A stretch of 64,000 bases of DNA from NCBI RefSeq assembly GCF_009914755.1, contig NC_060927.1; one strand, given 5' to 3'. This DNA is from the human T2T-CHM13v2.0 reference genome, Homo sapiens. Both the position numbers and the translations under genes were made by a program. How positions within the stretch are numbered: position 1 is the stretch's first letter; every line of letters begins with the position of its first letter. Below, one piece after another: positions 11,880-25,609 of this stretch. A model generated the notes under the pieces. It was not told the DNA's origin and did not search any database. It saw only the letters and a list, made by a program, of their open reading frames with translations.

Positions 11880-14800
11880 ATGACGGCAGGAATAAAATTT
11901 TACATATCAATACTAACCTTGAATTTAAATGGTCTAAATGCCACATTTCAAAGGCATACAGAGGGCAGGAGGATAAAGAAAACGTTCTGCTGTCTTCAAG
12001 AGATGAATCTCACATGTAACATTCAAAGGTTCAAAGTAAAAAAATAATAATAATAATTTTTTAAAATGGACAAAGAACTACTATGCAAATGGAAAACAAA
12101 AAAAGAGCAGGATTCACTATTCTTATACTAGATAAAACAGACTTCAAACCAAAAACAATCAGGAAAGACCAAGAAGGAAATTATATAATGATAAAGGTTC
12201 AATTCAAAAAGAAGACTTACCTATCCTAAATATATTTTTACCCAACATTGCAGCATCCAGATTCATAAAACAAGTTCTTTTAAATCTATGACAGTATTTA
12301 GACTGCCACACAATAAGAGTAAGGAACTTAAAATTCCACTAATATATCATTAGATAGATCATTTACTCAAAAACTAGTGAAGAGATTCTATACTTAAGCT
12401 CAACACATGATCAATTAGACCTAATAAACATCTACAGAATACTCCACCCAACAATCATAGAATATACATTCTTCTCATCCTCATAATGGAACATAGTCTA
12501 AGATTGACCACATGCTCAACCGTAAAGCCAATCTCAATAAATTAAAAAAAGCAAAATCATACCAAGCACAATGTGGACCACAGTGCAATAAAAATAGAAA
12601 GTGATGCCAGGAAGATCTATTAAAAAAAAAAGGAAATTAGACAACTTGCTCCTGAATAACTTGGGTAAAAAACAAAATTCAGGGAGAAATGAAAAAAACA
12701 ATAGAAATTAATAAAAATAGAGACACAACTTTCCAAGTCTCTGGTATGCGGGTAAAGCAGTGTTAAGTGGAAAGCTGATAATGCTAAATACCTTTATCAA
12801 GAAGTTACAAAGATCTCAGATTAACAATTTAACATCATACCAGGAGGAACTGGATAAAAAAACAAGCAAAATAACCACAAAGTTAGCGCAAAAAAAAAAA
12901 AAAAAAAAGAAGAAGAACTAAAAGAAATTGAGATGTAAAAATCCAAACAACTGAAATATCAATGAAGGCAAGAGTTGGTTATTTGAAAGAATAAACAAGA
13001 TTGATTGAACTCCAGCTAGATTATCAAAGGAAAAAAGATAATATCCAAATAAGTACAATCAGAAATGACAAAGGTGACATTACAACTCATCCCACAGCAA
13101 TATGAGAGATCCTCAAAGACTTATGAACACCTCTATGCACAAAAATTAGAAAATCTGCAGAAAAACAACTCCTGGAAACACACAACATCTCAAGATTGAA
13201 GCAGAAAGAAAGTGGAAACCTGAAAAGACCAATAAAAAGTTCCGATATCAAATCATTAATTAAACAACAACAACAACAAATCCCTGAACAAGATGGATTC
13301 ATGGCAGAATTCTACTGGATGTGAAAAGAAGTGGTATCAATCTTACCAAAAATATTTCCAAAAAAATTGATGATGAGGAGCTCCTTCCGAACTTATTCTG
13401 CAAAGTCAGCATCATCCTGATACACAATCTATCAGAGACACAATGACAAAAGAAAACTTCAAGTCAGTATACTTGATGAAAATGGATGTAAAAATCCTCA
13501 AGAAAATACTAGCAAGCTGAATCTAATAACATATCACAAAGTTAATTTACCAAAAACAAGTAAGATTTATTCCTGGAATATAAAAGTTGGGTTTTAACAT
13601 ACTCAAATAAATACATGTGATTTATCACATAAACAGAATAAAAAACAAAAAGCACATGATCATCTCAATAGATGCAGAAAAAGCACCATAAAATCCAACA
13701 TCCATTTATAACAGAAACCCCCAACAGACTAAGTATCTAAGGAACATACGTCCAAAATCATAAGAACCATCGATGACAAATCCACAGCCAATATCATACT
13801 GAACAAGAAAAAGCTGAGACCATTTCCCTTGAGAACTGGAAGGACAAGAATGCCTACTCTCACCACTGCTATTCAACATAGTACTGGATGTCCTAGCCAG
13901 AACAATCAGAGGTGAGAGAATAAAAAGGCATCTAAATAGGAAAAGAAGAAGGGAAAATATCTCTCTTAACTATTAACATAATTCTATACCTAGAAAACCC
14001 CATAGTCTTTGCCCAACTGCTCCTCGAACTGATAAATAACTTCAGTAAATTTACAGGATACAAAATCAATGTATGAAACCCAGTAGCATTTCTATATACC
14101 AATAATATCCTCAATGAGAGCTAAATCAAGAACACAAACCCATTTACAATAGCCATAAAAAAGGGAAATATCTAATAAGACACCTAACCAAGGGTGTCGA
14201 AGATCTCTACAAGGAAAACTACAAAAAATGCTGAAATAAATCCAGACAATACATATAAATGAAAAAAAAAAACGTCCACGTTCATGGATCAGAAGAATCA
14301 GTATTGTTAAAATGGCCATACTGTCCAAAGCAATTTACAGATTTAATGCTATTTCTATCAAAATACCAATGTCATTTTTTCACAGATATGGAAAAAACTA
14401 TTCTAAAATTTATATGGAATCATAAAAATAGCCCGAACAACCAAAGCATTATAAGCAAAAAACCAAGCTAGAGGCATCATATTACTGAACTTCAAACTAT
14501 ACTATAAGGCTACAGTAACTAAATAACATGGTACAAAAATAGAAATATAAGCTAATGGAACATAATAGGGAGCCCAGAAATAAACCTGCACACCTACAAT
14601 CATATGATCCTTGACAGAGTCAACAAAAACAAGCAACGGGAAAAGTCTACCATAATTAATAAATGGTGTAGAGATGACTAGCTAGCCATATGCAGAAAAA
14701 TGAAACTGGAACCCTACCTTTTGTCATGTACAAAAATTAACTCCAGGTGGACTAAAAGTTTAAATGTAAGATCACAAACTATAAGAATCCTAGAAGACAA

Positions 14801-15277
14801 CCTAGGAAATGCCCTTCTTGATATTAGCTTTAGCAAAGAATTTATGGCTAAGTCCCCAAAAGTAATTGTAACAAAAAAAAATTTAGAAGTGGGACCTAAT
14901 TAAATGAAAGAGCTTCTGTACAGCAAAAGAACTGATCAACAGAGTAAACCGACAAGTAGCAGATGGGAGAAAATATTTGCAAACTGTGCATCCTTCAAAG
15001 GCCAAGTATCTAGAATTAATAAGGAAATCAAACGAATCAACAAGCAAAAAACAAATAATCCTATTCAAAAGTGTGCAAAGAACATGCAAAGACACTTCTC
15101 AAAAGAAGACCTACCAGTGGCCAACAAACATATATGATAAAATGCTCATCATCACTAATCTTCAGAGAAACACAAATGAAAACCAGAATGAAATACAATT
15201 TCACGTCAGAATGGGAATTGTTAAAAAATCAAAAAGTAACAGATGCTGGCAAAGAAAAGAATGCTTAGATACTGTTG
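11880..15277 (+). pseudogene. L1 ORF2p (endonuclease-RT) remnant, disrupted
   Basis: ATG at 11880 gives MTAGIKFYISILTLNLNGLNA (endonuclease N-terminus). The RT FADD motif has decayed to [14 protein letters not shown] (~13960-14000). ORF-track pieces include MKLEPYLLSCTKINSRW and WEKIFAN. Confidence 0.85.
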
Positions 15278-16156
15278 AAATACAAATATTGCATGTTCTC
15301 ACTTACAAGTGGGAGGTAAACCTTGAGTATACAGGGATATAGAGATGGAAACAATAGGTACTGAGGAGGAGGGTGAGAAAGAAGGGGGCACAGACTGTAA
15401 AACTATTGGGTACTGTGCTCATTAACTGAGTGACAGGATTATCCATACTCCAAACCTACGCATTACATAACATATCAATGTTAAAAACATGCATATTCAT
15501 CCTCTGAAACCAAAATAAAAGTTGAAAAATATAATTAGAAGTTAATGTCAATAAAGACAAATAGCTCAGCTTCAACAAAGCAGAGGGGAAGCCATGTAAC
15601 TTTAAGAAAAAAATAAATCGAATGTTTGTAAAGGTGGTATTGTCAGTCAAATCACTATTTGATTCACTGTTCTGACACATGCTACAACTGAATCGACCCT
15701 AAAGAATAATTAATTATCTCCAATAAACCATATTATATAGGGGATTCTCCTTCATGTAAAAACTATCTTTCCCCCAATTGTGCCAAATTCAAATAATAAC
15801 TATGTGAGAGAAAAAACATGACAGAATAATAGAAATATTTCATGAAACTAAAGAGCTTCAGTTTAAAATAAAGCTCACAGGCCTTTAGTAATGTTTTTAC
15901 AGGGTGTGACATTTTGGAATCAACACTTTGCCTAAGTGTTCTCAATAAGTCTGCAAAAGCTCTTGAAATGTTTTACTGTGATGTTTCCAATACTCTTAAC
16001 AATGAATGTAATATGTTCTTTTTAAAGCAAATTATAAGCCAGCGTGTAATTTCTAAATGTGTGTGTGACTATATACAATTGTGAATAAGAAGTTATGTGT
16101 TGAATATTGGTGAACAAACATACACCTTGATTTTATGTAAATCATTAATAGGGTTT

Positions 16157-16161
16157 TGTGT

Positions 16162-16211
<50 letters not shown>
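16157..16211. repeat. (TG)n microsatellite
   Basis: Directly visible in the sequence. Confidence 0.97.
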
Positions 16212-16215
<4 letters not shown>

Positions 16216-16303
16216 GGTGCATATAAACCACTATATATTATACAAATGGTTACTTGATCTTATAATATAGTCTGGTTAATGGCTAGAAGAAAAGAAAATG
16301 TGC

Positions 16304-16643
16304 TTTTTTTTCTTTTTCTTTTCTTTCTTTCTTTTTTTTTTTTTTTTTTTTTTTTTTTTGAGAAAGGGTCTTGCTTTGTTGCTCATGCTGGAGTATAGTG
16401 GCACAATCATGGCTCATGGCAGTCTCAGCCTCCTGGCTCAATCAATCCTCCCACCTCTGCATCCCAAGTAGCTGGGCTACAGTCATGTGCCACCACATCT
16501 GAAAATTTAAAAAAAATGATTTTTATAGAGACAGGGTCTCCTTGTATTGCCAAGGTTGGTCTCAAACTCCTGGGCTTAAGCAATCCTCCTGCCTCAGCCT
16601 CCAAAAGTGTTGGGATTACAAGTGTGAGCCACCATACCCAGCT
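16304..16643 (-). mobile_element. AluJ with long T/TTTC tail
   Basis: gagaaagggtcttgc...tcatggctca...caatcctcccacctc are AluJ-type positions. Confidence 0.93.
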
Positions 16644-16799
16644 GTCTTTCTATATAAAGTTATGAAGGGTATAATTTAACTTACACTAAAACATACAGTT
16701 TATTAATGTTAGAATAACTTTATATAATTTTGTATTTTAAATTATTCTTAAAACTTTTTGGATTTGTCACTTTTATTTCACTGATCATATATGAAAAGT

Positions 16800-16990
16800 G
16801 GTCATCTAAGAGCTTTGTCAATATAAATGTTTTCAATTTTCATAAGCTTTCTATGAAGTAGTTATTATCACTAAAGTATGAAGAAACAGGCATGCAGAGA
16901 AAGGTTAAGTAACTTGTCCAGTGTTATACTGTTTGTTAACAGCTGAGATAAGATATGAATCCCGAAAGTGTAATTCAAGAATTTGCCCTC
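16800..16990 (-). mobile_element. MIR
   Basis: Contains the core gaagaaacaggcatgcagagaaaggttaagtaacttgtcca. Confidence 0.75.
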
Positions 16991-19046
16991 TGGCAAAGTG
17001 AATTCATAAGTTTGTTTATTCTCAATCCTCTATACTCATAAAAGTCACCCATAAATGAAATACTAATGGAAGTAGAAAGGAGATTGTATAATTGAAATAT
17101 AACTTTTAAGTGTTTGTAGAAGATAGAAAATAGATGTGATTGGGGAAGAAATTATCAACTGTAGATAGAACACAGTAAGTGTTTTCTTTCATGAGAAAAC
17201 AGAAACATCTGCATTTTTTAAAATAAAAGCTAAAAGTAGGTGGAAGATCCAAAAAGAAAAAAATAAAAAAATTGAATTTTTTAAAAAATAGGATGCTCAT
17301 CAGCTACAGCAGTTGACTTCCCAGCCTGCTAATCTCATCCTCACTAATCCACTGACTGAGCAGGAAATGCTACCCATCAAAAGACAACTAACACTTTCTA
17401 CAGGACCCCTGGAGTATGTTTGCATTTAAGAAGTCTGTCAAGCATGCAACCTTACACAACTTACAATGAGTGTTTTTAATATGTAAGATACTACTTTTTG
17501 ATCCTGTGCATTGAAGTTAGTCATGACAGGGGCAGATTGCTTTAAGGTAAGAGAATCTGAGGGTTTTTATTGTTTGCTAAAGTGGCATTAAAGGTTTCAA
17601 GAATAAAAAGGCAACATTATTTTTCAGAGCTTTTGACATATTCATAATATTCATATACTAGAAAGAAAGAAAAATTATTCTATTGAAGAAAGCATTGCAT
17701 ATAAACAAATAAAAAAGTATCCTTTAGTCATTCAATTACCTGTTAATGCCAAAAAACACTACTTTTCAAGTTCTATATGAAAAATAAATCATATTCACCT
17801 TAGGATTTTAGACCCAATCAAATTTCAAGGATGAGTACAAAGAGAGATATCTTGATGTATGCAATATTTCAAAAAGTTTCCCCACTTAGGTATAATCACA
17901 GAGGTGGGTTTGAGGAGAATTCAAGATATAATATAATATCCTACTGACAAAATTGGAAAGTAGAGAGTACAATTAACTTAATAAATTCAGAAAAAAATGA
18001 GAAGAAGGTTTACTAGACTGAATACTTGAAATATTTTTATTTTAACAGCAAATTTGAGTTGCCTAAGGATAGTTTTTAAATGTAACTCCATTATGTACCA
18101 CAGTAAATGATATTTACATAAGCACAAACAGTGAAATTTAGTTTTTTAGAAATACTTGTATAGTCAAAACCTAGAGGACTTACACAATATTCTCATTGCA
18201 GCCTTAAATTTGTAATTAACAATACCGTTGGCAGAGGTGTCAAGAAGCTAGTGGAAATGTTATATTGTTCTAATTTTCTGATATTTCATGATAGATGATA
18301 AAAGATAACATGTATAAATTTGCTAAATAAAAAAAGAGCTGATTATTCAAATCTTGTAACCACTGAAACAGAAAATGATAATATAGCTAAGAAATCATAT
18401 GGTAAGTTAGGAAATAGAAGCAGAATAGTTTAAGTTTGCAAGATTCCTCTTTATTCATATTATGGAGACAACAGATTTTGCCTAAGTATGAGAAAGATTA
18501 ATTGTTGTAGAACAAGAGTTTAGGCTACCCTCTTTGACAGACTACACAAAGATGCCATGAAGAAATGAAGCGGACCAGAGACTACATGAAAGAGAAGAGA
18601 ATAATTTAGTTAACAAATAAAACTAAGAATCCAGAAATATGACCCCAGTTAAATCATTCCAGCTAGTCTTCATTGATTAGAGCTATCCTAGATCAGGAGA
18701 TAAAGACAAGAATGAATAAACCATCTTGGACATTCCAACCTTAGTAGATACCATGTTGAGCAGAGAGAGAAGTTATCATATAGAATTGTGAGAGATAATT
18801 TTTTTAACCTATCAAATCTGAAGGAGTTTATTAGGTATCTATAGACACCAATAGCAGAAATTTGTACCCAAAGTGGCTGCTACTAAAACAAAAGCCTATA
18901 AACATTGGCTTTAGGATTGCTTAGTGAAAAGGTGCAGTGGTTCCTTGAGAAAACTATCAGTTAAGACCTGTAGAACAGTGACAAGCTATGTTATTCAGTA
19001 AAAGAATATTTGGCAACACTGGGACTGAAGTAATGTGGAAAATAAT

Positions 19047-19049
<3 letters not shown>

Positions 19050-19085
<36 letters not shown>
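19050..19085. repeat. (CA)n microsatellite
   Basis: Directly visible in the sequence. Confidence 0.97.
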
Positions 19086-19090
<5 letters not shown>

Positions 19091-20470
19091 CTAAAGTTGT
19101 GGAATTGGCCAAGGACATTTTCAAGCAGGATATTGAAAGTTCAACTTTCATATGATAAGAGGAAAGATAATATATAAATAGAAAGAGATTAAGTATAGAA
19201 GGAACTGTTTAGTTTTCAAACGTACCTAAAAGAAACATTTTCAACACAGGACTTGCAAAGTTGGGAAATACAAATATCTGTTAATTGCAAACTTTTCTAA
19301 AGAACAAAAGATTATAAAAAGAAATACAAACTTGGGGCAAGACACATTACAAGGTGCTACAAGCAAAACAGCTTTATGGTCAAGATTATATAAGTGGTGT
19401 AAATGAAAGACCCTTTTTGAAGAGGATGCTTCACAGGTTTTTCTAAGGTAGTAGCAGTACTTCTAAGAATCTTAAAGTCTTGCCTTGTAAACCTTGTAAG
19501 AGAGAGAGGAGACCTCTACAGTCTCAAAGATTTTGTCCCACAGCATACTGACTCATGAGTGGAGATAGAGGAGGGCCTGTCTGGAAGAGATTTGAACTGT
19601 GGCTTTTTTTTTCTCATGTAAAACTATAAATTGATGTACAGGAACCCATAATGTTTCTAAGGAAATTACATTAACATGGACTGAAAATATCAGTAACTTA
19701 TAAAGCAAAGAAGAGACCTTTGAACTCTCAACTTCCAATGGGTAGTAATCCTAATTTCTGAGAAATCTGAGAAAGCTACTCAAACATAAAAAATAAATTA
19801 TGTCTAATGGGAAAGAAATGATTATTCAGAGGATGTAGCCAACATAGCAGAAGAATGAACATAAGAGACACAGAATTATTTCTAGGAAGCAGAACAACGC
19901 CTTAATCCAGAAACTGGAGATATATTTCAAACTGCCTTTCTAGATCTTTAATAGTCCAGTGACTGACATGTCCATTCATTTTCACCCTGTATGAATGGAC
20001 TTACTTTCAAGTCCTTGCCTAAAAATCGTATATTGGAGGAGAAGAGTGTGTTCAAATATCTTGTATTTTAATCCATAGGTCTTCAAATAATGAGAAGCCA
20101 TAAATGAGGAGTCTCATCTGTACCTGGCCATAATTTCTATGACAAGACCTAGGAATTTCAGCTTAACCATCATGTCATATAATCCTGAGATCTTTGAAGT
20201 TTTGGAAAGGGTGAGTATATTTTGCATGTAAGAAAAATAAAAATACTTTGTGACCAATGGTTAGAATGTGTTTGAGTTAGAAATGTCATTATTGCATTGT
20301 CATTTTCATCATTTAGATATTGTGCTTATTCGTTCACACTTTTGAGTCTGGTATGCCTGAACCCTGCCTTTGACTAATCAAATATTTCAATTCCAGGTCT
20401 AGCCTATAATAGGATAAAACATTTCAACTTTCTTGTGAACCTTGAGCCTCTGTGGAAAATATGTGGCTAC

Positions 20471-20829
20471 TGTATTGGTCTATTTTCTATTGCTGTAACA
20501 GAATACTACAAGGTGGGCAATTTATAGAGAAAATAAGTTTATTTAGTTCACAGTTCTGGAGTCTGGGGAATCCAAGAGCATGGCACTGGAGCCTTCCTGC
20601 TGCATTATGACATGGCAGGAGATATCACATTGCAAGACAAAGCAAGTGTGCTAGCTCAGATCCCTTTTTCTCTTCATATAAAGCCACCAATCCCATTATA
20701 AGGGCCCCACCTTGATGATCATAGACAATACTAATTATCTCCTAAGGGTGCCACCTCCAAACAAGATATGAGTTTGGTGATTAAGTTTTCAACACATGAA
20801 ATTCAGGGGGACACATTCAAACCATAGCA
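20471..20829 (-). mobile_element. MSTB/C/D-like solo LTR inserted in the MLT1 3' LTR
   Basis: tgtattggtctattttctattgctgtaacagaatac...ggggacacattcaaaccatagca, with TG...CA ends. Confidence 0.88.
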
Positions 20830-21709
20830 ACTAAGCTGTTACAGAAAATATGTGAAGATACTTCCTGGAAATAAAAAGGCCTGTATACTACATGGAAAAA
20901 ACTGAGTAATTCAGCCACTAGGGAGAACTAAAAATCAAAATATGATCCTGAGTCATCCCATCCAGACCCCAACAAGTAGAGCTACCCTAGCTAAAGTGCC
21001 ATATATATGAATGAAGACATCATCTTGGACACTCAGCCCTAGCAGATATTATAGAGCAGAGAGGAGCTCTCTTCTACGTGGCCTGTCCAAATCTTCAATC
21101 AAGACATTTATAAAAAATAATTCAATGGTTGCTATTCAAACCTAAGTTTGGGTTAATATAGCATCAATAAATAACCAAAACACCTACAGTATTTAAATAT
21201 ATGTCATTTTATAAATATTAAAATTTTTGAAATTTGAGAATGTTAGAGGTTAGCAGAAAGGGTAAGATACAAAGGTTGTTACTTTTAATTTTATTTTATA
21301 TATACTTTGACTTTTTTATGCTAATGTGCTTTACTTTTATTTTTGTTAAAAATGAAATAAACTTACCTATATTTATTCAGAGATGTGCCAATAACAAAGT
21401 GAAGATAATTAACAAAAGTAGACTAAAATGTGTTGTTCCTTTTCCTCCACTCAAAATACTGGAAAAAAACAAGTAGAAGGAAGCAGAGTGCTAACAAGTC
21501 AAGCCTGGTCTTGTAATATGCACTTACAAACTTCTCAATGTAGCCTACTGAAATAAAAATTATCAATAGGGAATTAATTTTACTCAACAAACAGACAGAA
21601 AATATGACAAATAATAATATTAACTGTTAATATGCTACAGAAAAACTGATGTTCATTATTTAAACAGGCATATACTTTGACCCAATAATTCCAGCTTCAA
21701 TGTATCTGA

Positions 21710-22069
21710 TGTTGTTATTCACTATTCACAAATATTCTCTTTCTCCTCTTTAAAGGCATATGGCAAAATTCCTTTTCATCATCTCTTTTGATGATAGGTG
21801 TTACCAAATAAATTTCACTTCTAAGTGAAGTTTCAAGAGCTTAGGTATAATGTATTACATTCTTTCTTTCTCAGATCAGTTCTCATCATTGTCTCAGATG
21901 GTGTCTTTTGCAATACCTGACTGAATATTGAAGTTATTTATAAGAATAAGCAGCAATGCTTCATGCTGACCAAAGAGTGTGAGCTACAAATTAATCCTTA
22001 TGGTTTACACAGGGAATTTCAAATTTCTTTCTTACTGTAGCTTAACCTCATCAAACCTGATTTAGAAAT
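21710..22069 (+). mobile_element. Old MLT1I/J-like LTR inside an L1M 3' fragment
   Basis: Degenerate MaLR ends with a tctga repeat at 21705-21709 and 22070-22074. The flanks (tttgacccaataattcca / aacctgaatgtcc) look like the end of L1 ORF2. Confidence 0.55.
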
Positions 22070-23618
22070 TCTGATCTTATAGAAAATTAAAATATGAGAA
22101 TAAACAGATATACAATTCTTTATTTCTGTTTATAATTAACAGAAAAAAACATAATAACCTGAATGTCCTCCCATTGGAAAATATTAAAGCCAAAAATGTT
22201 ATATAAGTGTCTAGTACATACATAACTTTTAAGTTACAGCTTAGAAAATAATGTATTGAGATTTAGAAGACAATGTACATGAATTATGTGTAAAGTATAT
22301 AAATACTTAAAACGAAACAAAAATACTAGTTGTTATATGTACCCAGGTATATGTACTTAAAACCAGAAAGCAAGGTTTGTAAGAAATAAAATTTTAGGTA
22401 GAAATAAAAGACATATTTATCTCTATTATTGATCATTTAACCTACTGTTTGTATTGATCCTGTGTAATTAAAATAAAAAAGTAGATGCAGTAGGACATAT
22501 CAAAAGCTACCATTTTAAATTAATCAATACATACATAAAAATTATACAGGTTTGTATTATGTAGTTTCAAAGAGAGAGAGAGAATTGGAAAGCATTTAAT
22601 GGAAGTGCATCTAGAATAATCAAATAATTGTAATGTTGGAGGTAGGAAAATGGAGTTTGCATTTAAGGTACAAAATGGACAATAAATATATAGTAATATT
22701 TAGAAATTATTGGATAGTCTATATTGAGTGGGATACAGTATCTGTAAAGATGAAATTCAAAAACTGGTGTAACACTGTAAAAGATTTATAGTGAAAGCTT
22801 TATTCTAAATTGATGAAGGATTTTACATAATCAGAGCTATTTTCAGAAAATATTGCTGAAGGTTAATCAAAATAAAGAAATACAAAAGGTAGAAAGACAT
22901 GCTATGAGATTAATTATAATGGTTTTGGTGAAAGTTAGAGATTTGAACCATAGATGTGTCTATGGGAATGCACTTTATCCAAAGAATATCTAAGATACCA
23001 ATCGCAGATCAAAATTTGTTTGATTTAGAATTTTTCCAGAAAAGAAGCTAAGATTCATAGGGGAAAGAAAAAATGCTGCTTTATACTAATCATAGTTTAC
23101 ATTCAAATGTTAAGTTATCTTAACCTTTCTGAAACAGATTTATTTTTATTTCTATTATGATGAGAAAATATCTTACTAGTGACATATCAGAAATATGATA
23201 TGACTATATGAAACTTTAGGAATACTACAGAAAAACCTGTTTGGGTTGTAGCAGAAAGAATTAATGGCTACCTCTGTGTTTCTTCTTCTAAATCAAAGGC
23301 AATTTAATTCCTCTATATGAAAATGGTCTCAGCAGAATACACTCTCTTCTTGAACCACTAACTCTGTTTTAAAATATTTTTGAATGGACTCATCTACTTG
23401 TATTAAATTATATACTTAGATTTGGCATTGGTACTTTATCCACTAGTATTTTAACTTACATAGGAGATATTGCGCAGCACTATCAATATTTCTTTGATTC
23501 AATCTGTCAGCTTAACATTTATGAAATTGATCACAAATTCAATTCCACCTCACTCCATATTTTTTCTTAGGTATTCATTCACATTCAATTATTCGGCTAT
23601 GTGTGTCTTTCTAATAAC

Positions 23619-23921
23619 TTTTTTTTTTTTTTGGAGACGGAGTTTTGCTTTGCTGTTATTGCCCAGGCCGGAGTGCAATGGCGTGATCTCTGCTCACGGC
23701 AACCTCCGCCTCCTGGGTTCAAGCGATTTTCCTGCCTCAGCCTCCTGAGTAGGTGGGATTACAGGCCTATGCCACCACGCCCGGCTAATTTTGTATTTTT
23801 TAGTAGAGATGCAGTTTCTCCATGTTGGTCAGGCTGGTCTCGAACTTCCGACCTCAGGTAATCTGTCCGCCTCGGCCTCCCAAAGTGCTGGGATTACAGG
23901 CGTGAGCAACCATGCCCCGCC
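23619..23921 (-). mobile_element. AluS (Sp/Sq-like)
   Basis: Full reverse-complement dimer. TSD tt(t/a)ctaataactt at 23608-23620 and 23922-23934. Confidence 0.96.
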
Positions 23922-24675
23922 TTACTAATAACTTCTATAGAAGTGTTCCATCCTTCAAAATTTTTGCTGGTTAAAATAAAATAAGACAGTGCTGTTCTAT
24001 TGAGCATTTCAAATGTATCCACAGTATGCATGTTACTTGATTCATATTCAAAAGCTCGTATTTTCAAAAATGAAATAAAAAATGTGTTCTAGTAAAATAA
24101 TATATTTTTTTTACCTAACTCTTTTCAGCTAACAGGCATATTCTATGTTACAAATACAATCTTTAGTTAAAAATCTAGTTGTATATTTCTTCATAGCATT
24201 GTGAAAGCAATATTAACTTATTTTGCATGTGCTTTTAGTACTGTGAAAGGAGGTGTGGGCATTAGAAACTATTTGCTCACACACACAAAAAAGAAAGAAA
24301 TGTTACATTTTGTCTGTTCGTGCAATAAATTCTTAACCATGTCTCTCACTGGTGTGAGCATGGTGAGGGAGAATAAATTAAAGTAATTTTAACATAGGTT
24401 TTGGTTTGCAAAAATCTCTGGGCCTTCCCAAGTATTCTGCAATTAAGATCTCTACACAGTACTTCATTCAGCCAATTAAAAAGTGACCTACATAAAAAAT
24501 GCATTGGGGACAAATCAATGATCAAAACATCAAACTAAACTTTCTTGTCATTCAATAAGTAGGAAGTAGAGGGATTAGAATGTGTCTGCGGAGTAAAAGA
24601 TGACTTTTATGAATTTCTATTTCACCACTAGATATTAGTGATTTAATTCTCAGAAAGAAACAATGCTTTAGCTTG

Positions 24676-24976
24676 TTTTTTTTTTTTTTTTTTTTAGATA
24701 GTATCTCTGTCACTCAGGCTGGAGCACAGTGGTGTGAACATGGTTCACTGCATCCTTCAGCCTCCCAGGCTCAAGTGATCCCCCTACATCAGCCTTCCAA
24801 GTAGCTGGAACAACAGGCATACACCACTACACCAGGCTAAATATTTTTTAAATTTTTGTAAGAGATGAAGAATCATCATGTTTCCCAGGCTCGTCTTAAA
24901 CTCCTGAGCTCAAGTGATCCCTCGACTTCAGTCTCTCAAGGTGCTAGGATTACAGGCATGAGCCACCACAACTGGC
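24676..24976 (-). mobile_element. AluJ
   Basis: Poly-T followed by a diverged Alu dimer (caggctcaagtgatcc in both arms). Confidence 0.93.
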
Positions 24977-25609
24977 ATGTTGTTCTTTATTTTATTTTTG
25001 ATTGGAAAAATTCTTGGAATCTAGGATGCATTTCTGAATGAGTCACTGTGACTTCTTTGACAGTTGGGTCATACATTATGTCATCTGATTATACAATTTT
25101 TCTAGTAATATTAATAATTCATTTTTTTGTATAGGTTTTAAATAAAATGGTTAACAGTAAAAATTTTCTTATGTAAAAGTATTTCCTATATTTTTGTAAG
25201 AGCATTCTCATTATCTCAAATATATGATCAATATTTTCGAAATAATACTGAGCCCCCAATTTTCTATGGTTAAAATATTCAAAGGCCAATTATTTGTTGT
25301 TTAGTAATTGATTAAAGGTCATTTTCTAAGAGATGAGAAATTACTGCTAAATTTGCTGCCAAACCATAAAGCAGAGGTTTTGGTTTTGACATTTGAAATC
25401 TTAAGCACTTAGGTGAAAATAAACACATGTAATACTATTTTGCAAAATAACTATTTAAACCATTTTACTCTGTATTAAATTTGATAAACTAACACTTGAT
25501 AAATAAAAGAAAAATGATGTCACAAAAATGGCAGAGGAGAAGCAATGTGATTTCACTCTTCTTCATAGGAAACCAGAAACAAATATCCAGCACTGAGATT
25601 ATCATCAGC

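Larger units (their letters stand above)
9345..15535 (+). mobile_element. Near full-length old primate LINE-1 (L1PA15/16-like), inactive
   Basis: 5'UTR starts aaatggctgactagaagcag. Collinear ORF1 and ORF2 remnants follow. The 3' end ctgaaaccaaaataaaagttgaaaa is typical of L1PA15/16. There is an internal deletion near 15277. Confidence 0.9.
18523..21182 (+). mobile_element. MLT1(H-like) MaLR provirus: partial 5' LTR (~18523-18856), internal region (~18857-20267), 3' LTR (~20268-21182, interrupted)
   Basis: The LTR end atagacaccaatagca is followed by the internal start gaaatttgtacccaaagtgg. The internal end is gggtgagtatattttgcatgt. Both LTRs share actacatg, agcta(t/c)ccta and catcttggaca. Confidence 0.7.

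Noticed and set aside
23470-23861. ORFs over Alu elements (also 42808-43183, 52968-53403, 58013-58420)
   Set aside because: Standard Alu-derived translations, not genes.
24330-24375. Imperfect hairpin accatg..ctcac/gtgtgag..catggt as a possible miRNA precursor
   Set aside because: The stem is too short and bulged, and there is no other support.
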